Program-made: the position numbers and the translations under genes
Source of the DNA: Cognatishimia sp.
GTDB taxonomy: Bacteria > Pseudomonadota > Alphaproteobacteria > Rhodobacterales > Rhodobacteraceae
Assembly: GCA_050633405.1 (NCBI GenBank)
Contig: JBOEGL010000007.1
Coordinates: 184,892 to 248,891 of the forward strand
DNA length: 64,000 nucleotides
Direction: 5' to 3'
Part shown: one piece after another, positions 35,581 through 44,951 of the stretch
Numbering within the stretch: the stretch's first letter is position 1
Layout: each line of letters begins with the position of its first letter
Notes under the pieces: generated by a model
Database searches by the model: none
Told to the model about the DNA's origin: nothing
Seen by the model: only the letters and a program-made list of their open reading frames with translations

Positions 35581-36744
35581 ATGGCACAGAACAAGATAAG
35601 AACATATTACGAATTCTTTGCAGGCGGCGGCATGGCGCGTGCCGGGCTAGGGGACACATGGACTTGTCTTTTGGCCAATGATTTTGATCGCAAGAAAGCC
35701 GGAACCTACCGCTCAAATTGGGGCGGGGATACGCTGATTACCGATGATATTCGTAATATCTCGCCCGATGAAATGCCCGGAAATCCAGATCTGGTTTGGG
35801 GGTCTTTTCCCTGTCAGGACCTGTCTCTTGCGGGCAATGGTGCCGGATTAAAGGGCAACCGATCCGGCACATTCTGGCCGTTCATGTCACATCTAAAAGC
35901 ATTGAAAGACGAAGGCCGTGCCCCGGCCATGATTGCGCTGGAAAACGTACTTGGCACCTTAACCTCACATCAAGGCAAGGATTTCGCCGCCATCTGTCAG
36001 GCCTTCCAACGGCTTGGTTACCGCTTTGGTGCCTTTGTCGTGGATGCCGCGCATTTTGTGCCACAATCTCGCCCGCGTCTGTTCCTGATCGCGGTTGATA
36101 ATACGCTGCCGGTAGACAGCACCTTGCTTGAAACCGGACCCGTTGCGCCCTGGCATTCCGCCGCAATTGTGAAAGCTCACAATGGGTTGTCACGCAAGTT
36201 GCAAAAGGAATGGCTGTGGTGGCATCTACCTACCCCTCCGCAGCGTTTGTCAAAGTTTGCGGATCTGATCGAAGAAAACCCAACCTCCACGAAATGGCAC
36301 AGCAAAGCGGAAACAACCGCGCTCTTGTCGATGATGTCAGAGGTGAATCTGGCTAAAGTCGAAACCGCAATGGCGTCTGAAACCCGCATGGTTGGCGCGA
36401 TTTACAAGCGCACGCGGCATGAACACGGTATCAAAGTACAACGCGCAGAAATTCGGTTTGATGACATCGCCGGTTGTTTGCGTACTCCTGCAGGGGGCTC
36501 GTCGCGACAGTCCATCATGGTGGTCGAAGGCAAAAACATTCGATCCCGGTTGATTTCCACGCGCGAAACCGCGCGCCTAATGGGCCTGCCAGATAGTTAC
36601 ATCTTGCCAGAGCGTTATAACGAGGCCTACCACCTGACAGGCGATGGTGTGGCTGTTCCGGTTGTGCGATTTATCGCCAAGAACCTGCTTGAAAAACTAA
36701 TCGACCGTGTTCCGAACGACAAAAGGCGCTCTTCCATTGTCTGA
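35581..36744 (+). CDS. DNA (cytosine-5)-methyltransferase
   Basis: Motif I EFFAGGG, IV SFPCQDLS, VI ENV, VIII QSRPR, IX RETARLMG, X GDGVAVPV, in canonical order. Confidence 0.95.
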   Translation: MAQNKIRTYYEFFAGGGMARAGLGDTWTCLLANDFDRKKAGTYRSNWGGDTLITDDIRNISPDEMPGNPDLVWGSFPCQDLSLAGNGAGLKGNRSGTFWPFMSHLKALKDEGRAPAMIALENVLGTLTSHQGKDFAAICQAFQRLGYRFGAFVVDAAHFVPQSRPRLFLIAVDNTLPVDSTLLETGPVAPWHSAAIVKAHNGLSRKLQKEWLWWHLPTPPQRLSKFADLIEENPTSTKWHSKAETTALLSMMSEVNLAKVETAMASETRMVGAIYKRTRHEHGIKVQRAEIRFDDIAGCLRTPAGGSSRQSIMVVEGKNIRSRLISTRETARLMGLPDSYILPERYNEAYHLTGDGVAVPVVRFIAKNLLEKLIDRVPNDKRRSSIV

Positions 36745-37651
36745 AATACCCTGCGAAAAAAATGCTGAGCTGCGCCAGAAAATTTTGGAATTCGCCGAGG
36801 TTCTTAAGACCGAAGCCCACAAGCTTGGCGATCACGGTCTTGATGAACAAGATTTTTATCAATCTGGCCTGTTCCGCGGCACCATCGAACGTATTCGCGG
36901 CCAGTTTTCTGCATCAATGAAGGAAAAGCGCAGCTTTGTGGCTTTGGTTTTGACCCATATGCAAGCGCGGGGATTTGTGCGGTCTTGGGGCTCTGCCGGC
37001 GAGGCCAATCGCCACGATTATTTTGTGACCCTAAACAATGGCCGCACGGCGATCATCGAACTTAAGGGCTGTTTGGATGGCAACAACACCAATAGTTTTG
37101 AACGCCCGCCGCATGCGGATGAATTCATTATCTGGAGCGTCTGCAGCAATCCCGGGGCAGATCCGCGTCACAATGTTTGGTCAGGTATTCACACACGACT
37201 CAGTGCTGAGATGATCGACCGGGATCAGCGCATTGATGGTTTGATTGTCTGGGATTGGATATGCGGAACATCTGCGCGGCCCTGTCCAAAACTCGCGCTT
37301 GATCCGGATCGGGCCACGGATATTGGCGACTACAGGTTGCCGCCGCCCTGTATCTATTTGTTTCCTGGCACTGTCCCCAGTCCGCGCAACAACCCCAATC
37401 CGCGGGTGAATACCTTGGCTGATGTGGGCATTCTAGAAGCAATGCATCAATGTTTTGGTGGTTTTGACAGCGAACTCAACGCGGTTTCGGTGGAAGTGGC
37501 GCATCGCGATGCGGACACCGTGCGCACAACCTCGATCATCAGAGAAGGCACCGTGCAAAAGACAACAGAGCCAACACACCCATCCGGCGCAAATAAAGAG
37601 GCACGGCAGCCGCGTTTCTTGCCTAACTCAGGCCTGTTGGCCAAGGGGTAA
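36737..37651 (+). CDS. Putative PD-(D/E)XK restriction endonuclease (TTG start assumed; ORF open from 36707)
   Basis: RHDYFVTLNNGRTAIIELKG (D...E-x-K spacing); 8-nt overlap with the MTase stop; no other family recognised. Confidence 0.6.
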   Translation: MSEIPCEKNAELRQKILEFAEVLKTEAHKLGDHGLDEQDFYQSGLFRGTIERIRGQFSASMKEKRSFVALVLTHMQARGFVRSWGSAGEANRHDYFVTLNNGRTAIIELKGCLDGNNTNSFERPPHADEFIIWSVCSNPGADPRHNVWSGIHTRLSAEMIDRDQRIDGLIVWDWICGTSARPCPKLALDPDRATDIGDYRLPPPCIYLFPGTVPSPRNNPNPRVNTLADVGILEAMHQCFGGFDSELNAVSVEVAHRDADTVRTTSIIREGTVQKTTEPTHPSGANKEARQPRFLPNSGLLAKG

Positions 37652-39010
37652 ATGCAGCGTCAAGCTTGCGCCGATTTCAACCTCGTCTATTTCCAGTCGG
37701 CCACCATGTTTCTCGGCCACCGAATTTGCAATCGCCAACCCCAGACCGCTACCGCTAGAGGGTTCGAGCTGCGAAAAGCGTCTGAAGGCTGCGTCCTGCT
37801 GGCTAGGCGCAAGCCCCTTGCCATCGTCCTGAACCAAGATGCAGACCTCGTTGCCCTGCGTGAATAGGCGCAGGCAAATACTGCTGAGGTCTGGGCCCCC
37901 ATGCGTCAGAGCATTGTCGATCAGGTTCTTCACCGCCTCTGACAAATAAAGCGCATCACCCTGAAACATCACTGGACCCGGGTCTGCATCAAATTCGAAC
38001 GCAATCCCGGCTGATAACAAAACAGAACCTTGCTCTGCACAAAGGTCTTTTATCAAGGCCCGCAGGTCAAACTCGGTGAATTGCTCCATCTCGGTGGCGT
38101 GTCTTAACCGGTCCATAGACAACAGTTGTTCGGTGATCCGCGTTACATTTCTGGCAGCTTTTTCCAAATCTCTTGTGCGCTGCTTGCGGTCTTCTCCTGA
38201 CTGGGCATCCTTCACAGCTTGCGTCATTGATTGCATCGCAGCGACAGGATTTCTCAGCTGGTGTGCAGCATCAGAGATAAAGGCTTGATGAGCTTGCAGG
38301 TTGTTTTCTAGCAATGAAAATAATGAGTTAAGCGTTTTGACAATTCCTTTGGCCTCGGCGGGAACCGGGCGCTTAATCCGGCTAAGATCGTTCGGGGACC
38401 GCTCGGCGATGGCATTGCGCAGATCAATCAAGGGCCAAAGGCCCCACCCAACGCCGAACCAAACCACAAGCGCCAAGGTCAGCAATAATGCCCCCATCAA
38501 ACTTATGGCTCTGATCGCCAATTCATTGGCAAAGGCCTGCCGTTCCGCCAGCCTCTGCCAGACGGTCACCGTGGAATCCCCGCTAAGACCCTCAACCGAT
38601 ATTCGTTCGGTCAGCCGCATAACGCGCACGTTTTCGCCGCGGTAATTTGCTTCAAAAACCTCCGGGCCACCACCAATTTCAGGCGGTGCTATTTTGTCAG
38701 AATTTCCGGGGCTTGGCGGGTAGGCATAACCCGTGACATAGATCCCGCCCGGGCCAGTCGCATGGTAAAAAACCTGCCCGCCGGCCGCGTCGTCAATCAT
38801 CTCGCTGGTCGATGGCAACAGCGCGTCTCCACCTGATACCGCAACATCGCGTGATATGGCCAAAGCAGAGGCCAAAAGGCCCCGATCAAACAGCTCTTGT
38901 GCGGTTTGCTGCGCCACTATGATGCGCCAAATTCCCAGAACCGCAGCCATCAAAACCAAAGGGGTCAATATAAGGGCAAAAAGCCGGATACGTAGCGAGG
39001 CAAATCGCAT
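37628..39010 (-). CDS. tctE: Sensor histidine kinase (TctE-like)
   Basis: Two TM helices, DAAHQLRNP H-box, NLIDNAL, DDGKG, GSGLGLAI. Confidence 0.85.
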   Translation of the reverse strand: MRFASLRIRLFALILTPLVLMAAVLGIWRIIVAQQTAQELFDRGLLASALAISRDVAVSGGDALLPSTSEMIDDAAGGQVFYHATGPGGIYVTGYAYPPSPGNSDKIAPPEIGGGPEVFEANYRGENVRVMRLTERISVEGLSGDSTVTVWQRLAERQAFANELAIRAISLMGALLLTLALVVWFGVGWGLWPLIDLRNAIAERSPNDLSRIKRPVPAEAKGIVKTLNSLFSLLENNLQAHQAFISDAAHQLRNPVAAMQSMTQAVKDAQSGEDRKQRTRDLEKAARNVTRITEQLLSMDRLRHATEMEQFTEFDLRALIKDLCAEQGSVLLSAGIAFEFDADPGPVMFQGDALYLSEAVKNLIDNALTHGGPDLSSICLRLFTQGNEVCILVQDDGKGLAPSQQDAAFRRFSQLEPSSGSGLGLAIANSVAEKHGGRLEIDEVEIGASLTLHLPLGQQA

Positions 39011-39678
39011 TACAAATCCGCCGCCAGCATATAGCCAAGTCCACGCGCAGTTTTGATCGAAATGCCAAATTTTGCCAATCGTTTCCGCAGCCTAGAAACA
39101 TGCGGTTCTACCGCAGTCTCTTCGATATCCGCCCCCACACCATAAACATGATCGGTCAATTGCGCCTTAGACACAATCCGTCCGCGCCGCTCTAGCAAAC
39201 ATTCGAAAACAGCCAGTTCACGACGGGGTATATCCAGCGGTTGCCCCTGTGAAGTCACCTGTCGTGCGGTGCGGTTAAAGGCAAGCTCACCAATGGTTTC
39301 AATGTCGCCATAGTCCAACTCTTTGCGTCGCGACAAAGCTCTGATGCGGGCTTCCAGTTCATCCATTTCAAAGGGTTTGATCAAATAGTCATCTGCCCCA
39401 GCATCCAAGCCCTGCACACGATCTTTGGTCTCTGTGCGCGCGGTCAGCAAAATCACCGGTGTCCCATCATTGCGGCGGCGCATGGCGCGCAAGATCTCCA
39501 AGCCTGTGCGCCCCGGCAGATTTATATCCAAGACCACCAAATCCGCCCCTTCTTGGGTCAGGAACCGATGGGCCAAATCACCATCAACCAGAACATCCGC
39601 TGAATGCCCTCGGTCGCGCAGCCGGTACGCGATGGCATTGGCGAGAGTTTCATTGTCTTCGATGATAGCAATGCGCAT
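39010..39678 (-). CDS. tctD: OmpR-family response regulator (TctD-like)
   Basis: IIEDN, LDINLPG, GLDAGADDYLIKPF, VSRLRKRL...TARGLGY. Confidence 0.88.
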   Translation of the reverse strand: MRIAIIEDNETLANAIAYRLRDRGHSADVLVDGDLAHRFLTQEGADLVVLDINLPGRTGLEILRAMRRRNDGTPVILLTARTETKDRVQGLDAGADDYLIKPFEMDELEARIRALSRRKELDYGDIETIGELAFNRTARQVTSQGQPLDIPRRELAVFECLLERRGRIVSKAQLTDHVYGVGADIEETAVEPHVSRLRKRLAKFGISIKTARGLGYMLAADL

Positions 39679-39688
39679 TCTGTCTCCT

Positions 39689-39708
39689 GCAAGCTTGCCG
39701 CAAGGTTG
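39689..39708. promoter_or_regulatory. 11-bp-period direct repeat, candidate OmpR-family binding site
   Basis: GCAAGCTTG (39689-97) and GCAAGGTTG (39700-08) between the divergent tctD and tctC. Confidence 0.5.
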
Positions 39709-39820
39709 GTCTCCCATGATTGGACGATCGAAAGAGGGAATCAATCCCTCATTTCATATGGACAAACAACTTGGCGAGGAGGACGTTGCCGTGTTTGTCT
39801 GGTCTTAAGGGGAGGAACCA

Positions 39821-40909
39821 ATGACCAAATTTGATTTCACACGTCGTGCTGTATTGAGCGTGATTGCCGCTGCGGGTCTCGCAGCTCCTGCCGCAGCCGA
39901 GGTTGATTTTTCAGGCAAAACCATTGAATGGGTGATCCCATTTTCTGAAACAGGTGGCTCTGCCAAATGGGCCAACTTCTTTGCGCCACTGTTGTCAGAA
40001 GCCTTGCCAGGCGCGCCAACCGTTGTGGTAAAGTTTATGCCGGGGGCCGGGTCTACCAAAGGCGCGAATTGGTTCCAGTCTCAAAAGCATAAAGACGGCA
40101 CCTTGCTGTTTGGCACATCTGGTTCGACCCAATTCCCATATTTGCTGGGCGATCCACGCGTGCGTTATGAATATAACGACTGGAACACCGTAATGGCTTC
40201 GGGCACAGGTGGTGTCGCCTATCTTAATGCCGAAGATGGGGCCAAGTTTGATGGCTCTGCCAATGCATTGAAAGACATAGATTTCATCTATGGATCGCAG
40301 GGTGCAACGCGTTTGGATCTGGTGCCTTTGCTGGCCTGGGAAATGCTGGGCATGAATGTTGAACCGGTGTTTGGCATCAAAGGCCGCGGCGATGGTCGTC
40401 TGATGTTTGAACGTGGCGAGGCCACAATAGATTATCAAACATCCTCCGGATACCTGGGTGGTTCTGCGCCACTTGTCGAAGTCGGCCAAGCAGTTCCCAT
40501 GATGACCTGGGGCGCGCTTGATACGGACGGCAACATCGTGCGCGACCCGACATTTCCCGAGATTGCGACCTTCAAAGAAGTCTGCGAAGCCACAGATGGC
40601 TGCGAAACTTCGGGTGACGCTTGGGACGCTTGGAAAGCCTTCTTCGTAGCAGGGTTCCCTGTACAGAAATTGGCCTTCTTGCCTGCAGGCACACCTCAGG
40701 ACGTGATCGACACCTATACCGAAGCCTTCAACGAGGTTGTCGCGCGGGCTGACTTTGCCGAGATTTCCTCAAAGCGGGTTGGTAAATATCCGGTCTTTAC
40801 AGGTGCAGGGTCACAAGACGCGTTGGCCACAGCGACACAAGTTCCGACATCAGCCAAAGACTTTGTGGTTGGCTGGCTCAAAGACGCATATGGTGTTTCG
40901 CTGAAATAG
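39821..40909 (+). CDS. tctC: Tripartite tricarboxylate transporter substrate-binding protein
   Basis: Signal peptide, FSGKTIEWVIPFSETGGS, MPGAGS; upstream of tctA. Confidence 0.85.
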   Translation: MTKFDFTRRAVLSVIAAAGLAAPAAAEVDFSGKTIEWVIPFSETGGSAKWANFFAPLLSEALPGAPTVVVKFMPGAGSTKGANWFQSQKHKDGTLLFGTSGSTQFPYLLGDPRVRYEYNDWNTVMASGTGGVAYLNAEDGAKFDGSANALKDIDFIYGSQGATRLDLVPLLAWEMLGMNVEPVFGIKGRGDGRLMFERGEATIDYQTSSGYLGGSAPLVEVGQAVPMMTWGALDTDGNIVRDPTFPEIATFKEVCEATDGCETSGDAWDAWKAFFVAGFPVQKLAFLPAGTPQDVIDTYTEAFNEVVARADFAEISSKRVGKYPVFTGAGSQDALATATQVPTSAKDFVVGWLKDAYGVSLK

Positions 40910-40917
40910 CACACCTC

Positions 40918-40948
40918 GGGCAGGGCGACCTTTCGGTTGGCCCTGTCC
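40918..40948 (+). other. Intercistronic stem-loop after tctC
   Basis: GGGCAGGGC-GACC-TTTC-GGTT-G-GCCCTGTCC. Confidence 0.6.
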
Positions 40949-40996
40949 ACTGATCTTTCTATTAACTTTCAATAACTTAGATGAAAGGCGGCTCCC

Positions 40997-43027
40997 ATGG
41001 AGGTTTTCGCCACCGCTCTTCCTGCGCTTGGTGAAGCGTGGGCACTTATCCTGCAACCCATTGTCCTGGGCTATTTGGTGCTTGGGGTTGTAATGGGGCT
41101 TGCCGTTGGTGTGTTCCCCGGTCTTGGTGGGATCGCCGGACTGTCGCTTTTACTACCATTTATGTTCGGCATGGACCCCATTCTAGGCCTGGCCCTGATG
41201 ATTGGCATGGTCGCTGTTGTTCCAACATCTGATACCTTTGCCTCTGTTTTGATGGGCATACCTGGTTCTTCGGCCTCTCAAGCCACGGTGCTTGACGGCT
41301 TTCCAATGGCCAAAAACGGCGAGGCCGCACGCGCCTTGTCTGCTGCTTTTTCATCCTCTCTGTTTGGGGGACTGGTTGGCGCAACCTTCCTGACCATGTT
41401 CATCCTGATTGCGCGGCCAATTGTATTGGCCTTTGGCTTGCCGGAAATGCTGATGATCACGGTGTTGGGCCTGTCGATGGTTGCGGTTCTGGCAGGGCGC
41501 ATCGCGCTCAAGGGTCTGGCTGCGGCCGGGCTTGGCTTGATGATTGGCACCATTGGCGAGGCAGACGCGGGCGGCAGCCTGCGCATGGCTACCTATGACA
41601 TTCCCTATCTTACAGACGGGTTAAAGCTGGTCATTGTGGGTCTCGGTATCTTTGCTATCCCCGAAATCGTTTCCTTGCTGCGCCAAGATCGGTCGATTGC
41701 AAAAGGCGCAAGTCTTGGTGCCGGCTGGCTGGACGGCGTAAAAGACTGGGCCAACAATATTTGGCTGTCAGTACGCTGTTCTATCATCGGTGTTGTGGTT
41801 GGCGTTATTCCGGGCCTTGGCGGCTCTGTGGTCGACTGGATCGCCTATGGCCATTCAGTGCAAACCACCAAAGACAAATCCAAATTCGGCAGCGGTGAAG
41901 TGCGTGGCGTGATCGGGCCAGAAAGCTCCAACAACGCCAAAGAGGGCGGTGGGCTGGTGCCAACATTGTTGTTTGGTATTCCCGGCTCTGGCTCGATGGC
42001 GATCTTTATTGGCGCGGTTGCGCTTTTGGGATCTGGCGAGATTGAAGTTGGGCCAAGCATGCTCAAGGACAACTTGGATATCACCTATTCGATTGTTTGG
42101 TTGCTCGCGCTGGCCAATGTGGTTGGCACCATTCTGTGCATCGGCTTGTCAGGCGGCATCGCGAAACTCACGACCATTCGCTTTACCTATCTGGCCCCAT
42201 TTCTGTTTATGCTGATCAGCTTTGCAGCGTTTCAGTCTGGCCAGAACTTTGAAGATCTCTTGGCGCTGTTTGTCATTGGTTTGATTGGTATCTTCCTGCG
42301 CCGCTTTGATTGGTCGCGCCCGGCCTTCTTGATTGGTTTTGTTCTGTCAAACCCAGTTGAAAAATTCACCAACCAAGCCTTCCAGATCGCCAGCTTCCGT
42401 TTTCGCAAAAGCTTTGAAGAGGGCATCGACTATATCTTCAGCCCGATTGTGATTGTGCTGATCATTATCACAGTGGTGTCGGTGATCCTGGGCATTCGCC
42501 AAGCCAAAACCATCATGGCCGAAGGCGATGTGAAATCTGGATCTAAACGCGCGCCCTTGGTGTTCTTATTGGTGATTTCTGCCTATTTGTTGGTGGCCGT
42601 TATTAACGCGAATATGATCCCAGATTATAACATGACAGACAAAGTCATCCCTCTGGCGATTGGTTCATTTTCGGTGCTTTGCTGCCTTATCCTGATGGTG
42701 CAAATGATGCGCCGTCCCGAGGGCGATGTGATCTTTGCCGACAAAGAAGTGGCGGGCGAAGACGCTGATGCCCCCTATGGTCTGTGGTCAACTTTGGCTT
42801 GGTTTGCCGCCTTGATCGCGGGCACTTGGTTTGTCGGCTTTATCCTGGCTCTGGTTGGCTTTCTTGTGGCCTTTCTGCGGGTGCGCGCAGGTGCGGGTTG
42901 GGGCAAAACCCTGCTGCTAACAGCTTGTGGCATTGGCTTTATGTGCCTGATGGCAGGCGCGTTGAACCGTGATTTTCCTCCGGGACTTTTGCAAGGAGCA
43001 GTGGATCTGCCTTGGCCGCTAAAATGA
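40997..43027 (+). CDS. tctA: Tripartite tricarboxylate transporter permease, TctA with fused C-terminal TctB-like part
   Basis: GVFPGLGG, GIPGSSASQATVLDGFPMA, GPESSNNAKEGG, LFGIPGS, plus ~170 extra residues with 4-5 TM helices. Confidence 0.88.
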   Translation: MEVFATALPALGEAWALILQPIVLGYLVLGVVMGLAVGVFPGLGGIAGLSLLLPFMFGMDPILGLALMIGMVAVVPTSDTFASVLMGIPGSSASQATVLDGFPMAKNGEAARALSAAFSSSLFGGLVGATFLTMFILIARPIVLAFGLPEMLMITVLGLSMVAVLAGRIALKGLAAAGLGLMIGTIGEADAGGSLRMATYDIPYLTDGLKLVIVGLGIFAIPEIVSLLRQDRSIAKGASLGAGWLDGVKDWANNIWLSVRCSIIGVVVGVIPGLGGSVVDWIAYGHSVQTTKDKSKFGSGEVRGVIGPESSNNAKEGGGLVPTLLFGIPGSGSMAIFIGAVALLGSGEIEVGPSMLKDNLDITYSIVWLLALANVVGTILCIGLSGGIAKLTTIRFTYLAPFLFMLISFAAFQSGQNFEDLLALFVIGLIGIFLRRFDWSRPAFLIGFVLSNPVEKFTNQAFQIASFRFRKSFEEGIDYIFSPIVIVLIIITVVSVILGIRQAKTIMAEGDVKSGSKRAPLVFLLVISAYLLVAVINANMIPDYNMTDKVIPLAIGSFSVLCCLILMVQMMRRPEGDVIFADKEVAGEDADAPYGLWSTLAWFAALIAGTWFVGFILALVGFLVAFLRVRAGAGWGKTLLLTACGIGFMCLMAGALNRDFPPGLLQGAVDLPWPLK

Positions 43028-44124
43028 GCCAGACAGCCATTCCATATCTGTTCATGCGGGGCGGGACGTCACGTGGGCCATATTTCCGGCGCGAAGACCT
43101 GCCTGAAAACTTGGACCAACTCGCCGAGGTTCTGATCTCTGTCGTTGGATCCGGGCACGCGCTTAATATCGACGGGATCGGCGGCGGGGCCGCCGTGACC
43201 ACCAAGGTTGCCATGTTGTCTGCAAGCCAAGACGACTGGGCAGATGTCGACTATTTTTTTGCGCAGGTTTCGGTCACCGAAAAGCTTGTCGACTTCAAAC
43301 CAACCTGCGGTAATATCATGTCTGGGGTTGGCCCTGCCGCCCTAGAGATGGGGCTGGTCAGCCCCTCTGGTGACACCACCGAGATCAAAATCCTCTCGGT
43401 CAACACCGGCGCTCGGGTGATCGCCAAAGTGCAAACGCCTGACCGGCAATTGGACTATACGGGCGACACCGAAATCGCGGGCGTGCCTGGCACTGCCGCG
43501 CCGGTTCAGCTGACCTTTATGGGGGTTGTTGGCGCATCTACCGGGGCATTTTTGCCTTCGGGAAATGTGCAAGATACCATCGAGGGCATTGACGTCACCT
43601 GCATGGATGTTGCGATGCCGATGGTGATCGCGCGGGCGCAAGACTTTGGTTTGACCGGCTATGAAAGCGCACAAGAACTGGATGAAAACAAAGATTTCTT
43701 CCGTCAGATGGAGCGCATCCGCATCGCAGCCGGTAAACGCATGGGCATGGGCGATGTGTCAAAATCGGTCACGCCCAAATTTGGCCTCCTGGCCCCTGCA
43801 CAGCAAGGCGGCACTATTGCGGCGCGTTACTTTATGCCGTGGAGCACGCATCCAACCATGGCTGTGACCGGCGCGCAATGCCTTGCCTCTTGTGCCTTAA
43901 CACCCGGTACTGTGGCAGATGGCATGTTGGAACGCGCCAAAGAAAGCCCAACCAATGTGGTGCTTGAACACCCCTCCGGGACCATCGAGGTCCTGGTCGA
44001 TTTTGAGACCAGAAACGGCTTCAGTCTGAATGCCGCTGGTCTGGTCCGCACCGCCCGAAAACTGGCAGACGGTCAGGTTTATGTCCCCGAAACCGTATGG
44101 GGCCAACCAAAGGAAAACGTATGA
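43024..44124 (+). CDS. PrpF family isomerase/tautomerase
   Basis: FMRGGTSRG, IDGIGGG..TTKV, CGN, MDVAMP, EHPSG, RTARKL. Confidence 0.9.
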   Translation: MSQTAIPYLFMRGGTSRGPYFRREDLPENLDQLAEVLISVVGSGHALNIDGIGGGAAVTTKVAMLSASQDDWADVDYFFAQVSVTEKLVDFKPTCGNIMSGVGPAALEMGLVSPSGDTTEIKILSVNTGARVIAKVQTPDRQLDYTGDTEIAGVPGTAAPVQLTFMGVVGASTGAFLPSGNVQDTIEGIDVTCMDVAMPMVIARAQDFGLTGYESAQELDENKDFFRQMERIRIAAGKRMGMGDVSKSVTPKFGLLAPAQQGGTIAARYFMPWSTHPTMAVTGAQCLASCALTPGTVADGMLERAKESPTNVVLEHPSGTIEVLVDFETRNGFSLNAAGLVRTARKLADGQVYVPETVWGQPKENV

Positions 44125-44939
44125 ATCTTCGAAATATTCTGGTTGCCTTTAATGGCTCTGACAGTGCACTGACGGCCCTGCGATATGCGGCGTCTTTGGC
44201 CGGGGATAACGCCCATGTCACCGCCTTGCTGGCCCATTCAACACACGAAGTTGTAAACAGCCAAGCTGCTTGGGTTCCGGCAAAAGCGCGTGAAATTATC
44301 AACCAAGCCAACGCCGATATTCTCAGCGAGATCGAGGCCCGGTTTGCGACGGTAAAGGCCGAGCTCTCGCTTGGGGATCGCCTGCATTTTGAGCGTCGCT
44401 CAGGACGTGTGGACGCGGTGCTTTCAGAAAGTGCCCGCAGCTTTGATATTTTGGTCGTCGGGCAGGATCAGGATGAAAACGTCGATAATCATGTGTCGCT
44501 GCACCCAGATCGCATTGCCTTGATGAGCGGACGGCCAGTATTGATTGTACCCGTTGGTGCCAAGGCTCCAAAAGGCACGGTTGATGCGGCCGTCGCTTGG
44601 GATGGTGGTCGGGCCTCGGCGCGGGCACTTTCAGATTGGTTAACGCTGGTAGATGCGCAAAGTAAGCTCACGGTGTTGACCGTTGGGGACCAAGCCTTGC
44701 CACGTCCCGAAGCAGAGATGATGCTGCATCTTCAGCGCCATGGCGTCGCTGCAACACTTCAAAACATCGCTGCAGATCCTGGTGTCGCGCGGGCGCTTTT
44801 GGCCTATTGTAAATCACATGGTCCCAACCTTTTGGTGATGGGGGCCTATGAGCATTCCAAATTTCGGGAAGACTTCCTGAGTGGGGTGACAGCACGGGTT
44901 ATCCGGGCCACTCCAATTCCAATTCTCTTATCGCATTAA
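44121..44939 (+). CDS. Universal stress protein (two USP domains)
   Basis: ILVAFNGS, AWDGGRASARA, LVMGAYEHSKFRE...GVT. Confidence 0.88.
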   Translation: MNLRNILVAFNGSDSALTALRYAASLAGDNAHVTALLAHSTHEVVNSQAAWVPAKAREIINQANADILSEIEARFATVKAELSLGDRLHFERRSGRVDAVLSESARSFDILVVGQDQDENVDNHVSLHPDRIALMSGRPVLIVPVGAKAPKGTVDAAVAWDGGRASARALSDWLTLVDAQSKLTVLTVGDQALPRPEAEMMLHLQRHGVAATLQNIAADPGVARALLAYCKSHGPNLLVMGAYEHSKFREDFLSGVTARVIRATPIPILLSH

Positions 44940-44951
44940 AGGCGCGAAAAA

